From Candidatus Latescibacterota bacterium (GTDB lineage: Bacteria > Latescibacterota > UBA2968), in contig OZ241986.1 in the NCBI GenBank assembly GCA_965204375.1, forward strand, positions 288,001 to 352,000: 64,000 bases of DNA, in the 5' to 3' direction. The notes under the pieces are model-generated. The model made no database searches. It was not told where the DNA came from and saw only the letters and a program-made list of their open reading frames with translations. The position numbers and the translations under genes are program-made. Below are positions 1 to 10,123 of this stretch, piece after piece. Within the stretch, counting starts at the first letter, position 1; each line of letters begins with the position of its first letter.

Positions 1-27
1 AACTACCTCGAAGATATTTTGGGATGA
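1..27 (+). CDS. 3' end of a gene entering from outside the window (NYLEDILG*)
   Basis: Open frame from base 1 to TGA at 25-27, followed directly by a hairpin and T-tract. Confidence 0.45.
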   Translation, partial: NYLEDILG

Positions 28-43
28 ACTGCTGGATAAGGTT

Positions 44-85
44 AAGCCCCCACAAGCGATATACCGTGGGGGCTTTTTGTTTTTT
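44..85 (+). terminator. Rho-independent terminator, possibly bidirectional
   Basis: AAGCCCCCAC/GTGGGGGCTT stem followed by TTTTTGTTTTTT, between convergent genes. Confidence 0.8.
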
Positions 86-93
86 AAGCAGTA

Positions 94-981
94 CTACCCC
101 GATAAGGCGCGTTTCATTGTTGCGCCCATTTCGGCGGGGCTTTCGCATACGTGAATGCCGGCTTTTTGAAGCGCGCCCATTTTGTCGGCGGCGGTGCCCT
201 GGCCGCCAGAGATAATTGCACCCGCATGTCCCATGCGCCGGCCCGGAGGTGCTGTTTGGCCCGCGATAAAACTGACCACGGGTTTGCCAAAGTGCGCTTT
301 GACATAAGCGGCGGCTTCTTCTTCGGCGGTGCCGCCAATTTCCCCGATCATAATGACGGCATCTGTGTCGGAGTCGTCCTTGAAGAGTGCGAGGCAGTCT
401 GTAAAGGTTGTGCCAATGATGGGGTCGCCGCCAATGCCCACACACGACGATTGACCAAAGCCACTATCGGTGAGTTGGGAGACCGCTTCATAGGTGAGTG
501 TGCCGCTGCGCGAAATGACACCAATACGACCTTCGCGGTGGATCGCGCCGGGCATAATGCCGATTTTACACTTGCCCGGAGAAATCAGGCCCGGACAATT
601 GGGGCCGATCAAACGCGTGTTTTTATCGGCCAGATAGTGTTTGGCTTTTAGCATGTCGAGCACGGGTATGTTCTCAGAAATGCAAACGACCAGAGGCAGG
701 CCTGCATCGGCTGCTTCCATGATGGTGTCGGCTGCAAAGGGCGCGGGAACAAAATTGGCTGATGCCGTGGCACCTGTTTGTTCTACGGCATCGGATACAG
801 TGTCAAAAACGGGTATGCCATCCACGCTCTCGCCGCCTTTGCCCGCGTTGACTACGCCGACGACACGAGTGCCGTAATCTACCATTTGTTCCAAGTGAAA
901 TCGCGCTTCGCCACCCATTGCTCTGCTACTGGAAAAGCTCTGGACGATTACGCGGGTATTGCTGTCAATGAGGATGCTCAT
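94..981 (-). CDS. sucD: Succinyl-CoA ligase alpha subunit
   Basis: MSILID start, [24 protein letters not shown], phospho-His motif RMGHAGAII. Confidence 0.97.
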   Translation of the reverse strand: MSILIDSNTRVIVQSFSSSRAMGGEARFHLEQMVDYGTRVVGVVNAGKGGESVDGIPVFDTVSDAVEQTGATASANFVPAPFAADTIMEAADAGLPLVVCISENIPVLDMLKAKHYLADKNTRLIGPNCPGLISPGKCKIGIMPGAIHREGRIGVISRSGTLTYEAVSQLTDSGFGQSSCVGIGGDPIIGTTFTDCLALFKDDSDTDAVIMIGEIGGTAEEEAAAYVKAHFGKPVVSFIAGQTAPPGRRMGHAGAIISGGQGTAADKMGALQKAGIHVCESPAEMGATMKRALSG

Positions 982-1006
982 AAAACTTGTTCCTTGTGGT
1001 TGAAAT

Positions 1007-1062
1007 ACGAATCAACGAATCAACGAAAACAGATGGGTGGTTGGGCGGGGTTCGTCTATTCG
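1007..1062. repeat. Composite intergenic repeat, copy A (short form)
   Basis: (ACGAATCA)n...GGGGTTCGTCTATTCG ends shared with copies at 48726 and 60108. Confidence 0.75.
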
Positions 1063-1742
1063 CGCTTCTTTGTTCGTTCTTCGATTGTGCCATCTGTTTT
1101 GCCGATGATGATGCGATCCGTCAGACCAATAAAAAGACCGCATTCGACCACGCCGCACAAGGCGTTGATTTTTGCTTCGAGCGCGGGCGGGTCGTCAATG
1201 CGACCAAAGTCGCAATCGATGATGTAATTGCCGTTGTCTGTGACAAAAGGGGTGTTGTCCTGCGCGTTGCGAAGTGCGGGGTGACAGCCCAGGTCTGCGA
1301 GCAGGCGTTTTATGGCTTGCCAGCCAAAGGGAATGACCTCAACGGGCAGGGGAAAAGCGCCCAGGTGCGCCACGGGTTTGGATTCGTCGGCGACGATGAT
1401 TTCCCTGTCGGATAGAGAGGCAACGATTTTTTCTCGCAAAAGCGCGCCGCCGCCACCTTTTATGAGGTTAAAGTCCGGGTCAAATTCATCTGCGCCGTCA
1501 ATGGTCAGATCAATGCGGGTAACTCTGCCGAAGTCGGTGAGTGGGATATTTTCCGATTCCGCCTGAATGCGCGATTGCTCTGAGGTGGGTATGCCACATA
1601 TATCGAGCCCTTCAGCGATGCGCTGGCCGAGTTTTTGAATTGCAAAAAAAGCCGTTGATCCTGTGCCCAGACCGACGACCATGCCATCTTCGACATATTC
1701 GGCAGCCCGTTCTCCTGATAGTTGCTTGGGGTTAATTGTCAT
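1056..1742 (-). CDS. rpiA: Ribose-5-phosphate isomerase A
   Basis: GLGTGST, DGADE, IKGGGGALLREK, TDNGNYIID; start placed at MTINPK. Confidence 0.97.
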   Translation of the reverse strand: MTINPKQLSGERAAEYVEDGMVVGLGTGSTAFFAIQKLGQRIAEGLDICGIPTSEQSRIQAESENIPLTDFGRVTRIDLTIDGADEFDPDFNLIKGGGGALLREKIVASLSDREIIVADESKPVAHLGAFPLPVEVIPFGWQAIKRLLADLGCHPALRNAQDNTPFVTDNGNYIIDCDFGRIDDPPALEAKINALCGVVECGLFIGLTDRIIIGKTDGTIEERTKKRE

Positions 1743-1917
1743 ATCTATTCCATCCTTACGCAATAAAAACAAGCGAAAAGATAAATGGAAGATAGTGATT
1801 TGGCAATGATTTTGACTCAGACAGGCACGGTATTTTTTTATTTATTTTTTTTAAAAATTGTCATACTCTATCAAATAGGCAGGACAAAGTTGAATATGAT
1901 TAAATTCGGAGAAAAAT

Positions 1918-2754
1918 ATGGCTTATCGCACATTGGAAGATTTTTTTGGTGATATTGTGGGTAAAGCGCGTCGGGGACAGGGGATTTCGGAATCGGAGCT
2001 GGCGCAACAGGTGGGGCTTAGTGTTCGACAAATCGGGCAAATAGAATCGTACGATCTGACGCCCGATGATCAGGCCATTTGCCGACTTGCAGACGCACTT
2101 CATCTCGATGGTGAAAAATTGGTGGAAGTGGCGCGTGGATGGGTGCCAGCGCAGGGCAATGCGGCGTTTGAAGACAAGAATATGCGGGTTGACCGATTGA
2201 TTCTCGATGCGGGCATGACGGTGAATTGTTATGTCCTAAAGTGTAAGGCGTCGGGCAAAGGAGCTGTGATTGATCCCGGTGGGCAGGCGCAGTTGATTTT
2301 GGATGCGATTGCCGATATACAGGTGACGCACATTTTGCTCACACACGGGCACGGCGATCACGTCGGGGCACTCGAAGCCGTTGCCGATGCGACACAGGCG
2401 CAGGTGTGTGGTTGCGAGCGCGATTTTTCGTTGATGGCCGGGCGCAGCCAGCGGGTGACGGAACGCGTGGATGAGGGGTGGCAAACAGCGATTGGCGAAC
2501 TCGGTATTGATACGGTGAGTTTGCCCGGGCACACGGGCGGTGGTATTGGGTATTATACTTCACCTGTGTTTTTTTCGGGCGACGCGCTATTTGCGGGTTC
2601 TCTGGGAGGGGCGAGGGGAGATGCCTACCGAGGGCAAATTCAGGCCGTGCGTGCGAAGGTGCTCTCTCTACCAGGAGAAACGACCATTTTCCCCGGTCAT
2701 GGTCCGATTACGTCTGTAGTGCAAGAGCTGGCGCACAATCCCTATTTTGTTTGA
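1918..2754 (+). CDS. XRE-type HTH fused to MBL-fold (glyoxalase II-like) hydrolase
   Basis: N-terminal ELAQQVGLS...IGQIES HTH; THGHGDH, PGHT, SGDALF, PGHG metal motifs. Confidence 0.85.
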   Translation: MAYRTLEDFFGDIVGKARRGQGISESELAQQVGLSVRQIGQIESYDLTPDDQAICRLADALHLDGEKLVEVARGWVPAQGNAAFEDKNMRVDRLILDAGMTVNCYVLKCKASGKGAVIDPGGQAQLILDAIADIQVTHILLTHGHGDHVGALEAVADATQAQVCGCERDFSLMAGRSQRVTERVDEGWQTAIGELGIDTVSLPGHTGGGIGYYTSPVFFSGDALFAGSLGGARGDAYRGQIQAVRAKVLSLPGETTIFPGHGPITSVVQELAHNPYFV

Positions 2755-2774
2755 AAAGAATCCGGGAACCTTTT

Positions 2775-2972
2775 TTATTCTTTTTCGGATGCCTGGGTTT
2801 CAACCCATTGTCCAATGGCCTGGCGAATGGATTCGACTGCGGCTTTTTTGCGCTCAAGGCGGTCAATATGCACACGTAGCTGATCAATTTGTGCGTCGAG
2901 ATCTCGAAGTTCACCATTTGCTGCTTCAAGTGCTTGTTGATACAGGGGTGCGCTATGGGTCGGTTCTGCCAT
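2775..2972 (-). CDS. Small coiled-coil hypothetical protein
   Basis: AAGGAG RBS before ATG 2972; heptad-rich 65 aa. Confidence 0.65.
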   Translation of the reverse strand: MAEPTHSAPLYQQALEAANGELRDLDAQIDQLRVHIDRLERKKAAVESIRQAIGQWVETQASEKE

Positions 2973-3324
2973 GAATTGTGCTCCTTGTAGTAAAAAAATG
3001 AAATACGCGATCTGGCTAAACATAACCTGTGTGGCCTTGCGTCGTCAAGTGCGAAAAAGTCCGCTCGCTGTTGGTTTGTGAAAACGATGTATTTTTTTGT
3101 CTTTACAACCCGTCACAATTTATTACAATTTTCAGGGGAACGAAGAGGTTCTGCCAGTTGTTTAATGCCGTAAATACTAATTTACAAGAGACATGCAACT
3201 TTCTTTTGATTCACGCATTTAAAAAAAGTAGTAAATTCCAATATTATAGTGGGCGTTGAGAGTATGTCAACGCTGTCTCACAGGGATATTTCTCACTGTT
3301 GATTTCGTTGCAAAGGAGCTAAAC

Positions 3325-6300
3325 ATGGCTCGGTGGTGTCTTTTCGTGCGAAGCGCAATATGCGTCCTCATTTTGGGTGTTTCAAGCTCTGCTTTCGGGC
3401 AGGAATATTTTGGCAAAAACAAGGTCAATTACAGCCAGTATGCCTGGCATTATATCGACAGTGAACACTTCACGGTTTATTTTGACAAGGGTTCACTGGG
3501 GCTGGCCGAGTTTGTTGCCAAAGAAGCCGAAAGATCTCTGGTACACATTGAGAAAACGCTGAAATACACGATGAAGGATCGCTATCCCATTGTTATTTAC
3601 AATTCTCACAATGGATTTTCAGTGTCGAATATTATCAGCGGGGAACAGTCTGAGTTTACGGGCGGATATACCGAGTTTGCACAGGGGCGCGTGGTGATTC
3701 CCTTTACGGGATCTTATGGAGATTTGCAGCACGTCATTCATCACGAACTCGTTCACGCTGTTACAATTGAGTTGTGGACCGGTGGCGGTTGGTTGGGGTC
3801 TCTGGTTTCGCAAACATCGACGTTACCTCCACTGTGGATTGCCGAGGGCATTGCCGAGTATGTATCTCGATATGGCTGGCACAAAGAGCACGATAATTTT
3901 ATGCGCGATGCAACCATTACCGGATATGTTCCGACTATCGAAATGATGTCCATGAGTTATTTTGCCTATCCCGGTGGCAATTCAGTTTTTTATATGATAG
4001 AACAGGAATACGGCAAGGACAAAGTGGCATCTTTTATTTCTTCTTTCCGCACGGCCAAAAATCCCGATAAAGCACTCAAAGCATCTCTGGGATTTGGGAT
4101 GAAGGAATTGGAGGAAAAATATCAATTGTGGCTCAAGCGGCAATACTGGAATGAGATCAATTTGCGCCATACGCCCAAAGAGATGGCAACAAATTTGACA
4201 GAGCACGAAGATAGGCGTTCGGCGTATAATTTAGCTGCTGCGTTATCTCCACAAGGCGACAAGGTCGCGTATTTGACCGACCGGAATGGCACATTTGATA
4301 TTTATTTGATGTCGGCGATTGATGGCAAAGACTTGGGGCGTTTGGTCGAGGGACAAAAATCGTCTGCTTTTGAGTCGATGTTTGTTTTGCGGCCCGGATT
4401 TACCTGGTCGCCGGATGGTCGGCATATTGCATTCGCCGCTAAATCGAATAATAAAAATACCCTGTATATCCTCGAAGTTAAAAATAAACAGATTCGCAAG
4501 CGCTTTAAGTTTGACCTCGATGGCTTGTTTGAACCCACCTGGGCGCCAGATGGGAAAAAAATAGCCGTCGCGGGTATTAAAGATGGCTGGTCCGATGTCT
4601 ATGTGGTCGATTTGAACGATGAGTCGCTTACTCGGCTTACAAATGATCCCTATGACGAACGGCATCTGGATTGGTCGCCCGACGGCACCTGGATCGCCAT
4701 GAGTTCTGATCGTCCCGATACCCATTTGAAGTTTAGCGGGGAGAAGGATTTTGCTTTTGGTCAGTACGATATTTTCTTACTGCGTACAGATGGCTCTGAG
4801 ATGCGCCGCATTGTCGCTTCTGAAGATGCCGAAGATTCGCATCCCGTGTGGGGTGCCGATAGCAAACACGTCGCCTTTGTTTCTGACCGCACGGGTGTGG
4901 GCAATATCTATATTGCAAATGTTGACAGTACGCAGGAGATATATCCCATTACCAATTTGCTGTCAGGGGCGCAATATCTCGATTGGTCAGCCGATGGCAA
5001 AAAGGTCGTGTTCAATGCGTTTCACAAGGGTGCCCTGGATATATTTGTGATGCGCGACCCACTCGCGCAGCGAAAAGAAATGGCGGATTTGCCGCGTACC
5101 CGGTTTGTCAAGCGCCTTGCTGGCGAAGATGAAAAGATGTTTGTCGAGTTGCAAAAAGAAAAATATGCGAGCCGTAAGATTGACAAAGTAGAAGCCGACA
5201 GCACCGCGGTCGATTCGACAGCAGAAAAAACAGAAAAGGAAGTAGCGCAGTGGATTTCCGATCAGGAAGCGCTTGCAGCGGCAGAGAGTGCACCTGCCGA
5301 TAGCACGGCTGAGATCGATACCACACATCCGGTTGCAGGCAGTCCAGAAATGGTCGATACTGGCAAACAAGGGGTGAAAAATTGGGGTGAAAAGGAATTT
5401 CTGGTTAAGAAATACAAGCTGAAATTCAAGCCCGAACTATTTGGTGCTCAGGCGGGGTTTGATACGTTCTACGGTGTGAGTAGCTCTATTGTATTGTCGA
5501 TGAGTGATGTGATGGGCGATCACCGCGCCACGTTGGTGACGAGTCTGAATTTTTCGCTCAAAGACAGCGATTTTCTGCTCGCTTATGCTTATTTGAAGAA
5601 TCGCACAAATTACGGTGCGCAACTTTTTCACACGCGGTTCTTTTTCTTTGACAGTACAGGTCGCCTGACTGCAGATCGATATTACGGGCTTGCGGGGGGG
5701 CTTGAGCGACCATTTAACCGGTTTGCCCGTTTGGAACTCAGTACGCGTTTTGTATCTATTGATCGCGAAGAGGTGTTTACCGATAGAAATACTAATCCGT
5801 ATTATCAGCCGGGCTTTCGCGGCGTTGGGCGGTTTACGAGCGAATTGATCAACCGCCGTCGGGCGGCTATCGGTGAGATGGCTCTGGTGGGCGATAGCGC
5901 GCTGTACAGTTTGTTTGGCGCGGTAGATGGGCATCGCTATCGGGTGAATTTTGAAGGCTCTGGCGTGGGCATGAAATTTGCTACATTTACGCTGGATTAT
6001 CGCAAATATATGCGGTTGTTAAATGAATATACTTTTGCAATCCGAATGTCGGGCGGAACGAGTTATGGCCCCAACAGCACCGTGTTTTTCTTGGGCGGTG
6101 TGAACAATCCGGTCAATCCGACATTTTCAACCATTGCCAGTGTTGATCAGAGTCGCGTCTTTTTCTCTTCTTACGTCTGGCCCCTTCGAGGCGCGAGATT
6201 GCTCGAAATGGCGGGTGATTCTTATGTACTGGCCAATGTCGCATTTCGGTTCCCGCTCATCCGGCAATTGGCCATGGGCTGGCCCTTACCGTTTTTCTTC

Positions 6301-6591
6301 CAGAATGTACAGGGCGAATTGTTCTTCGACATTGGAGGTGCTTTTGATCGCGCCAATTGGAGAGATGGGTGGGTCTCCCGAGATGGGGGATTTGAGCTCA
6401 ATACGCCGCAAAACTTTAATACGCCGGAAATCAGGAAAACAAAACCGCAGATAGCCGCCGGGTATGGGTTTGGGGTGCGGGTAAATTTGGGCTATTTCCT
6501 GTTCCGCTACGATCTGGCATGGCCCACGGATCTCGCAGAAACATATCATCCTCACCAGTATTTCTCAATTGATTTCACGGGCTTGTTCTAA
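3325..6591 (+). CDS. Omp85/BamA-TamA-like barrel fused to an MA (gluzincin) peptidase and a TolB/PD40 beta-propeller
   Basis: AAGGAG RBS, signal peptide, FGKNKV, HHELVH plus WIAEGIAEY, repeated WSPDG, PLRG and YGFGVR barrel motifs, terminal Phe. Confidence 0.85.
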   Translation: MARWCLFVRSAICVLILGVSSSAFGQEYFGKNKVNYSQYAWHYIDSEHFTVYFDKGSLGLAEFVAKEAERSLVHIEKTLKYTMKDRYPIVIYNSHNGFSVSNIISGEQSEFTGGYTEFAQGRVVIPFTGSYGDLQHVIHHELVHAVTIELWTGGGWLGSLVSQTSTLPPLWIAEGIAEYVSRYGWHKEHDNFMRDATITGYVPTIEMMSMSYFAYPGGNSVFYMIEQEYGKDKVASFISSFRTAKNPDKALKASLGFGMKELEEKYQLWLKRQYWNEINLRHTPKEMATNLTEHEDRRSAYNLAAALSPQGDKVAYLTDRNGTFDIYLMSAIDGKDLGRLVEGQKSSAFESMFVLRPGFTWSPDGRHIAFAAKSNNKNTLYILEVKNKQIRKRFKFDLDGLFEPTWAPDGKKIAVAGIKDGWSDVYVVDLNDESLTRLTNDPYDERHLDWSPDGTWIAMSSDRPDTHLKFSGEKDFAFGQYDIFLLRTDGSEMRRIVASEDAEDSHPVWGADSKHVAFVSDRTGVGNIYIANVDSTQEIYPITNLLSGAQYLDWSADGKKVVFNAFHKGALDIFVMRDPLAQRKEMADLPRTRFVKRLAGEDEKMFVELQKEKYASRKIDKVEADSTAVDSTAEKTEKEVAQWISDQEALAAAESAPADSTAEIDTTHPVAGSPEMVDTGKQGVKNWGEKEFLVKKYKLKFKPELFGAQAGFDTFYGVSSSIVLSMSDVMGDHRATLVTSLNFSLKDSDFLLAYAYLKNRTNYGAQLFHTRFFFFDSTGRLTADRYYGLAGGLERPFNRFARLELSTRFVSIDREEVFTDRNTNPYYQPGFRGVGRFTSELINRRRAAIGEMALVGDSALYSLFGAVDGHRYRVNFEGSGVGMKFATFTLDYRKYMRLLNEYTFAIRMSGGTSYGPNSTVFFLGGVNNPVNPTFSTIASVDQSRVFFSSYVWPLRGARLLEMAGDSYVLANVAFRFPLIRQLAMGWPLPFFFQNVQGELFFDIGGAFDRANWRDGWVSRDGGFELNTPQNFNTPEIRKTKPQIAAGYGFGVRVNLGYFLFRYDLAWPTDLAETYHPHQYFSIDFTGLF

Positions 6592-6620
6592 TCCGCAGAT
6601 GTACGCAGATGTACGCAGAT
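6592..6620. repeat. Three tandem copies of a 10-bp unit (CGCAGATGTA)
   Basis: TCCGCAGAT GTACGCAGAT GTACGCAGAT right after the stop codon. Confidence 0.7.
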
Positions 6621-6654
6621 AAAAGGCGAGATTAGGGTTGGATGAAAACCGATG

Positions 6655-6687
6655 AGGAGAGGCGTGCTGTACGTCTCTCCTTTTTTT
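6655..6687 (+). terminator. Rho-independent terminator
   Basis: AGGAGAGGCGT/ACGTCTCTCCT stem followed by a T-run. Confidence 0.8.
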
Positions 6688-6773
6688 GTCAGGTTGATAG
6701 ATGGTGATTTTTTTTGTATTATTTGAAGTGATCAAAACGCGAGGTGAGAAAGATTTTTTATGAGGGATTTGTT

Positions 6774-7088
6774 ATGGCAGCCAAAGAGTATTACATGGCG
6801 GGGTTGGGTAAGTTAGGGGCTGGAGATTTGGAAGGCGCGATTACCGAATTTGAGAAGGCTGTATCTGACGATGCCTCGTTTTACATGGCGCATCTGGGAT
6901 GGGCACAGGCACTGGACCGGCAGGGAAAGATTGACGAGGCAATTGAACAGGTCAACTGCGCTTTGCAAATTGTTCCCGATGAGGCTCTCGCACATACGAG
7001 TCTATCGCGATTATATCAGCAGAAAGGGATGATTGAAGAGGCCGAAGAGGAAATGGCTATTTCTCACAAACTCTCTCAAAATAGTTGA
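6774..7088 (+). CDS. Small TPR protein
   Basis: TPR helices (AHLGWAQAL, AHTSLSRLY); GAGGG RBS. Confidence 0.8.
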   Translation: MAAKEYYMAGLGKLGAGDLEGAITEFEKAVSDDASFYMAHLGWAQALDRQGKIDEAIEQVNCALQIVPDEALAHTSLSRLYQQKGMIEEAEEEMAISHKLSQNS

Positions 7089-7091
7089 AAA

Positions 7092-9119
7092 ATGACGCGT
7101 GTACTGAAAATGAGGACGTCCTGCTTGGGCGTCCTTTCTCTTTTTGTGTTGATGGCGTGTGTGACAGCAAATGCAAATTCGGTTGATTCGCTGCTGGCAC
7201 GCGCGCAAAGCGATACGTTGAAATCGCTTGATTATCGCATTGGTCTGCTCAGAAAAGCACTCCGTGTGGACGGTAATCGCGCAGATGTCTGTGCGGCATT
7301 GGGCGCGTTGTTTATACAAAAGAACACGCCTGCGAGCAGGTTACGTGCAGACCGCTATATCTATCGCGCGATTGTATTGGATCCCGAGAATATAGCGTAT
7401 CGTCTGTCTTACGCGACCCTGCAGCGCAAGAAGGGCTTTCGGTACAATGCCATGCGATATTTTGAAAAGGTGCTCAGCATAGATTCAACGCAGGTTGATG
7501 CAGCCTGTGAAGTGGGCGATTATTATTTACAGGATATGTTGAAATACGTAGATGCGCGACGTTTTGACGGAGGTGGGAGTATGCGGTCTTTTGCAATGGA
7601 GAGTGTGCAAACGGCCGCGGATTATTACCACTACGCACTTGCACATGATCCCTATTGCAGGCGTGCGTATTACGGATTGGGTATGCTGAGTATAGAGGGT
7701 GGATATAAAGAGGATTTGATTGTTATTGCGCAGGCACTTTTAAACCGGTGGCCACAGGATCGGGATGGACTTTTGCTTTTGGGATTGGGGTATTATGCGG
7801 CCGAAAAGTACGAGGCGGCGGGCAAAGCTTATGATCGCGCGTACGCACAGATGGATTCGGTTGGGCAAGCTGCGATGACTTCAATAGAATTGTTGGGCGG
7901 AGGGGATGAGGCACCTGCGTTTTTTTGGCAGAGGCGCGATCCTTTGTTTCTCACGCCTGTGAATGAAAGAAAGCTGGCACATCGCGGGCGGGTTGCTTAT
8001 GCAAATTTGAGATTTGGTCTGCCCGATGAGGGGATTGCGGGTTGGGAAACGGATATGGGCAAGGTCTGGATTCGCTACGGTCGCTATGTCAATCGCGTGA
8101 GAACGCTTATTCCGCATCGAGAGATCTGGACTTATGAGGATTTTTCAATGAACTTTTTTTCTTATGATTCTGTGCATTGGAAATTGGAATCGATGAAGGA
8201 TGAGCGATGGGCACTCGTTCCGGGCGGATGGGGTAGAAGTCAGATTCTGTCGCCTAATTTTTATTTGCCCGAGCGCTATGTCGATCCATATCGAGATCAT
8301 AAATACGGATTGCCCGTGCAGGTGGGATTTTTTAAGGCTGAAGAAGGACAGGTCAAAATGGCTCTTTCGTGGGGCATTCCCAAGCGTCAGTTGCAGTATC
8401 TCAAGCTCTATGAGACCTATCAGGTCGATCTATATGCCGGTATTTTTGTCCACAGAAGCAATGGAGAAGAGGTTACGAGTGTCAGGTGGCAGCCAGAGGC
8501 ATTTCGAGATGTTTGGACCGATTCGTTAAAGGAGCGGTATTTGTTGGGTCAACGCGACCTGATTTTGGCACCAGATCAACAAATGGATGTCGATTCACTC
8601 GCGCTGTCTTTAGAAATTAAAGATGTGGGAAAAAAAACAGTGGGCGTGTTCCGCGATACCGTTTTTGTACAGACATTTCCCGATGATGTGATTTCTATGA
8701 GTTCTGTGTTGTTGGCTTCACATGCAGGGGATGGCAAAGAGGGGATAGAGATCATACCCAATCCGTTGAGAACTTTTGACGCGGACGAGTTGTTGTATAT
8801 CTATTTTGAGATCTACAATCTGGTGCGCGATGAGTTTGGGCAGACCGATTTTTCTGTGACGTACAGAGTAGGACCACCAGATTTGCGGCGTTTTTCCGAT
8901 AAGCGAGATCGAAAGGCGATTGCGCAATTGGGTATAAGTGATGACAGGTGGCGTATTTCCGTTAGTACAGATTATCGAGGAGGGGAGGTGCAGGAGCCGA
9001 TTTATTTATCCATTGATTTAAGTGAGTTGGGACCTGGTGTGCATCTGCTATCTATAGTGGTCACTGACCTTCAGACGGGTTTACAGGCTTGGCGAGAAAT
9101 TCTGTTCCGTATTTTGTGA
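7092..9119 (+). CDS. TPR plus GWxTD domain protein
   Basis: Signal peptide, TPRs, GWETDMGKVWIRYG motif, YIYFEIYNL C-terminal Ig-like part. Confidence 0.85.
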   Translation: MTRVLKMRTSCLGVLSLFVLMACVTANANSVDSLLARAQSDTLKSLDYRIGLLRKALRVDGNRADVCAALGALFIQKNTPASRLRADRYIYRAIVLDPENIAYRLSYATLQRKKGFRYNAMRYFEKVLSIDSTQVDAACEVGDYYLQDMLKYVDARRFDGGGSMRSFAMESVQTAADYYHYALAHDPYCRRAYYGLGMLSIEGGYKEDLIVIAQALLNRWPQDRDGLLLLGLGYYAAEKYEAAGKAYDRAYAQMDSVGQAAMTSIELLGGGDEAPAFFWQRRDPLFLTPVNERKLAHRGRVAYANLRFGLPDEGIAGWETDMGKVWIRYGRYVNRVRTLIPHREIWTYEDFSMNFFSYDSVHWKLESMKDERWALVPGGWGRSQILSPNFYLPERYVDPYRDHKYGLPVQVGFFKAEEGQVKMALSWGIPKRQLQYLKLYETYQVDLYAGIFVHRSNGEEVTSVRWQPEAFRDVWTDSLKERYLLGQRDLILAPDQQMDVDSLALSLEIKDVGKKTVGVFRDTVFVQTFPDDVISMSSVLLASHAGDGKEGIEIIPNPLRTFDADELLYIYFEIYNLVRDEFGQTDFSVTYRVGPPDLRRFSDKRDRKAIAQLGISDDRWRISVSTDYRGGEVQEPIYLSIDLSELGPGVHLLSIVVTDLQTGLQAWREILFRIL

Positions 9120-9121
9120 TG

Positions 9122-10123
9122 TCAGGGGACCTGTTTTTTTGCTTTTTTGTGCCAGAGGAGGTTAATCAGTGGCGGGCCGCCAAATAAAAGAAAGCCGAGG
9201 ATTGCCACTGCGTGTACCGACGTGGCAAATGCCGATGCGATTTCTATTGGCACATGGTAGAAATGGTGGAGGGTTTGGGCGCAAAAGAAATGGTAAGAGC
9301 CTATACCGCCCGGCGTGGGAATGACAAATCCGATCGTGGCGATGGTCATCACTACCATAGCTTCAAACAAGCCAAGGTTGTAGTTATGTGATAGGTCAAA
9401 ACTGTAGAAGGGCAAGTACATGGCGAACAAATAAAGACTATTGAGAATTAGAGTCGATGCCAAAATCCCCGCGTAGCCTTCCACGGTGTGAATGGCTCTC
9501 ATGCCCTGTAAAAAAGAACGCAGAATGTGGGTTGCACCATCGGCCAGCCCAGGAGAGAGGCGCGCCAGCAGGCGGTGGAAAAAGGACAGGCCGCGTTCTC
9601 CTCGGGCGGAGAGTAGTCCCAAAAATACGAAAGCAAACAGGATGAGGGGCAATATCAGCAAGGCGACTTGTTCAAGTCCGGGAAATGCCGCGCCGATCTG
9701 CTCTCTGGCAAAAAATAAAACCACGCCGAAGATGATCAACAGGGTGAGTACATCGAGCAAGCGTTCCACAATTACTGTCGCCAGGATTGCACTGATGCCG
9801 GTAGGGTGATCCTTTTCGAGGGCGAGGGCACGAGCAACTTCGCCAGCGCGTGGGAATACAACATTGCCCGCATAGGCGACCATGACAGCCCAAAATGTCG
9901 AGCGAATGGAAATATTTGAGGCAACGGGTAATAGCAAAATGCGCCAACGCCATGCTCGGGGTAAGCCCGAAGCGATAATGATGATGGCCGATAAGAACAA
10001 CCACAAAGGATTGGCTGTTTGCAGGGCCTCCTCAAGGCGCGTTCCATTGACATCTCTAAACGCTGCCCAGAGAAAGCCTCCCATTAACACGAGACTGGCT
10101 GCGAGTTTGAGAAAGTTTTTCAT
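9122..10123 (-). CDS. Lysylphosphatidylglycerol synthase TM / flippase-like protein (UPF0104)
   Basis: RAWRW, NVVFPRAGEVAR, ERLLD, PTPGGIG; multi-pass membrane protein. Confidence 0.88.
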   Translation of the reverse strand: MKNFLKLAASLVLMGGFLWAAFRDVNGTRLEEALQTANPLWLFLSAIIIIASGLPRAWRWRILLLPVASNISIRSTFWAVMVAYAGNVVFPRAGEVARALALEKDHPTGISAILATVIVERLLDVLTLLIIFGVVLFFAREQIGAAFPGLEQVALLILPLILFAFVFLGLLSARGERGLSFFHRLLARLSPGLADGATHILRSFLQGMRAIHTVEGYAGILASTLILNSLYLFAMYLPFYSFDLSHNYNLGLFEAMVVMTIATIGFVIPTPGGIGSYHFFCAQTLHHFYHVPIEIASAFATSVHAVAILGFLLFGGPPLINLLWHKKAKKQVP

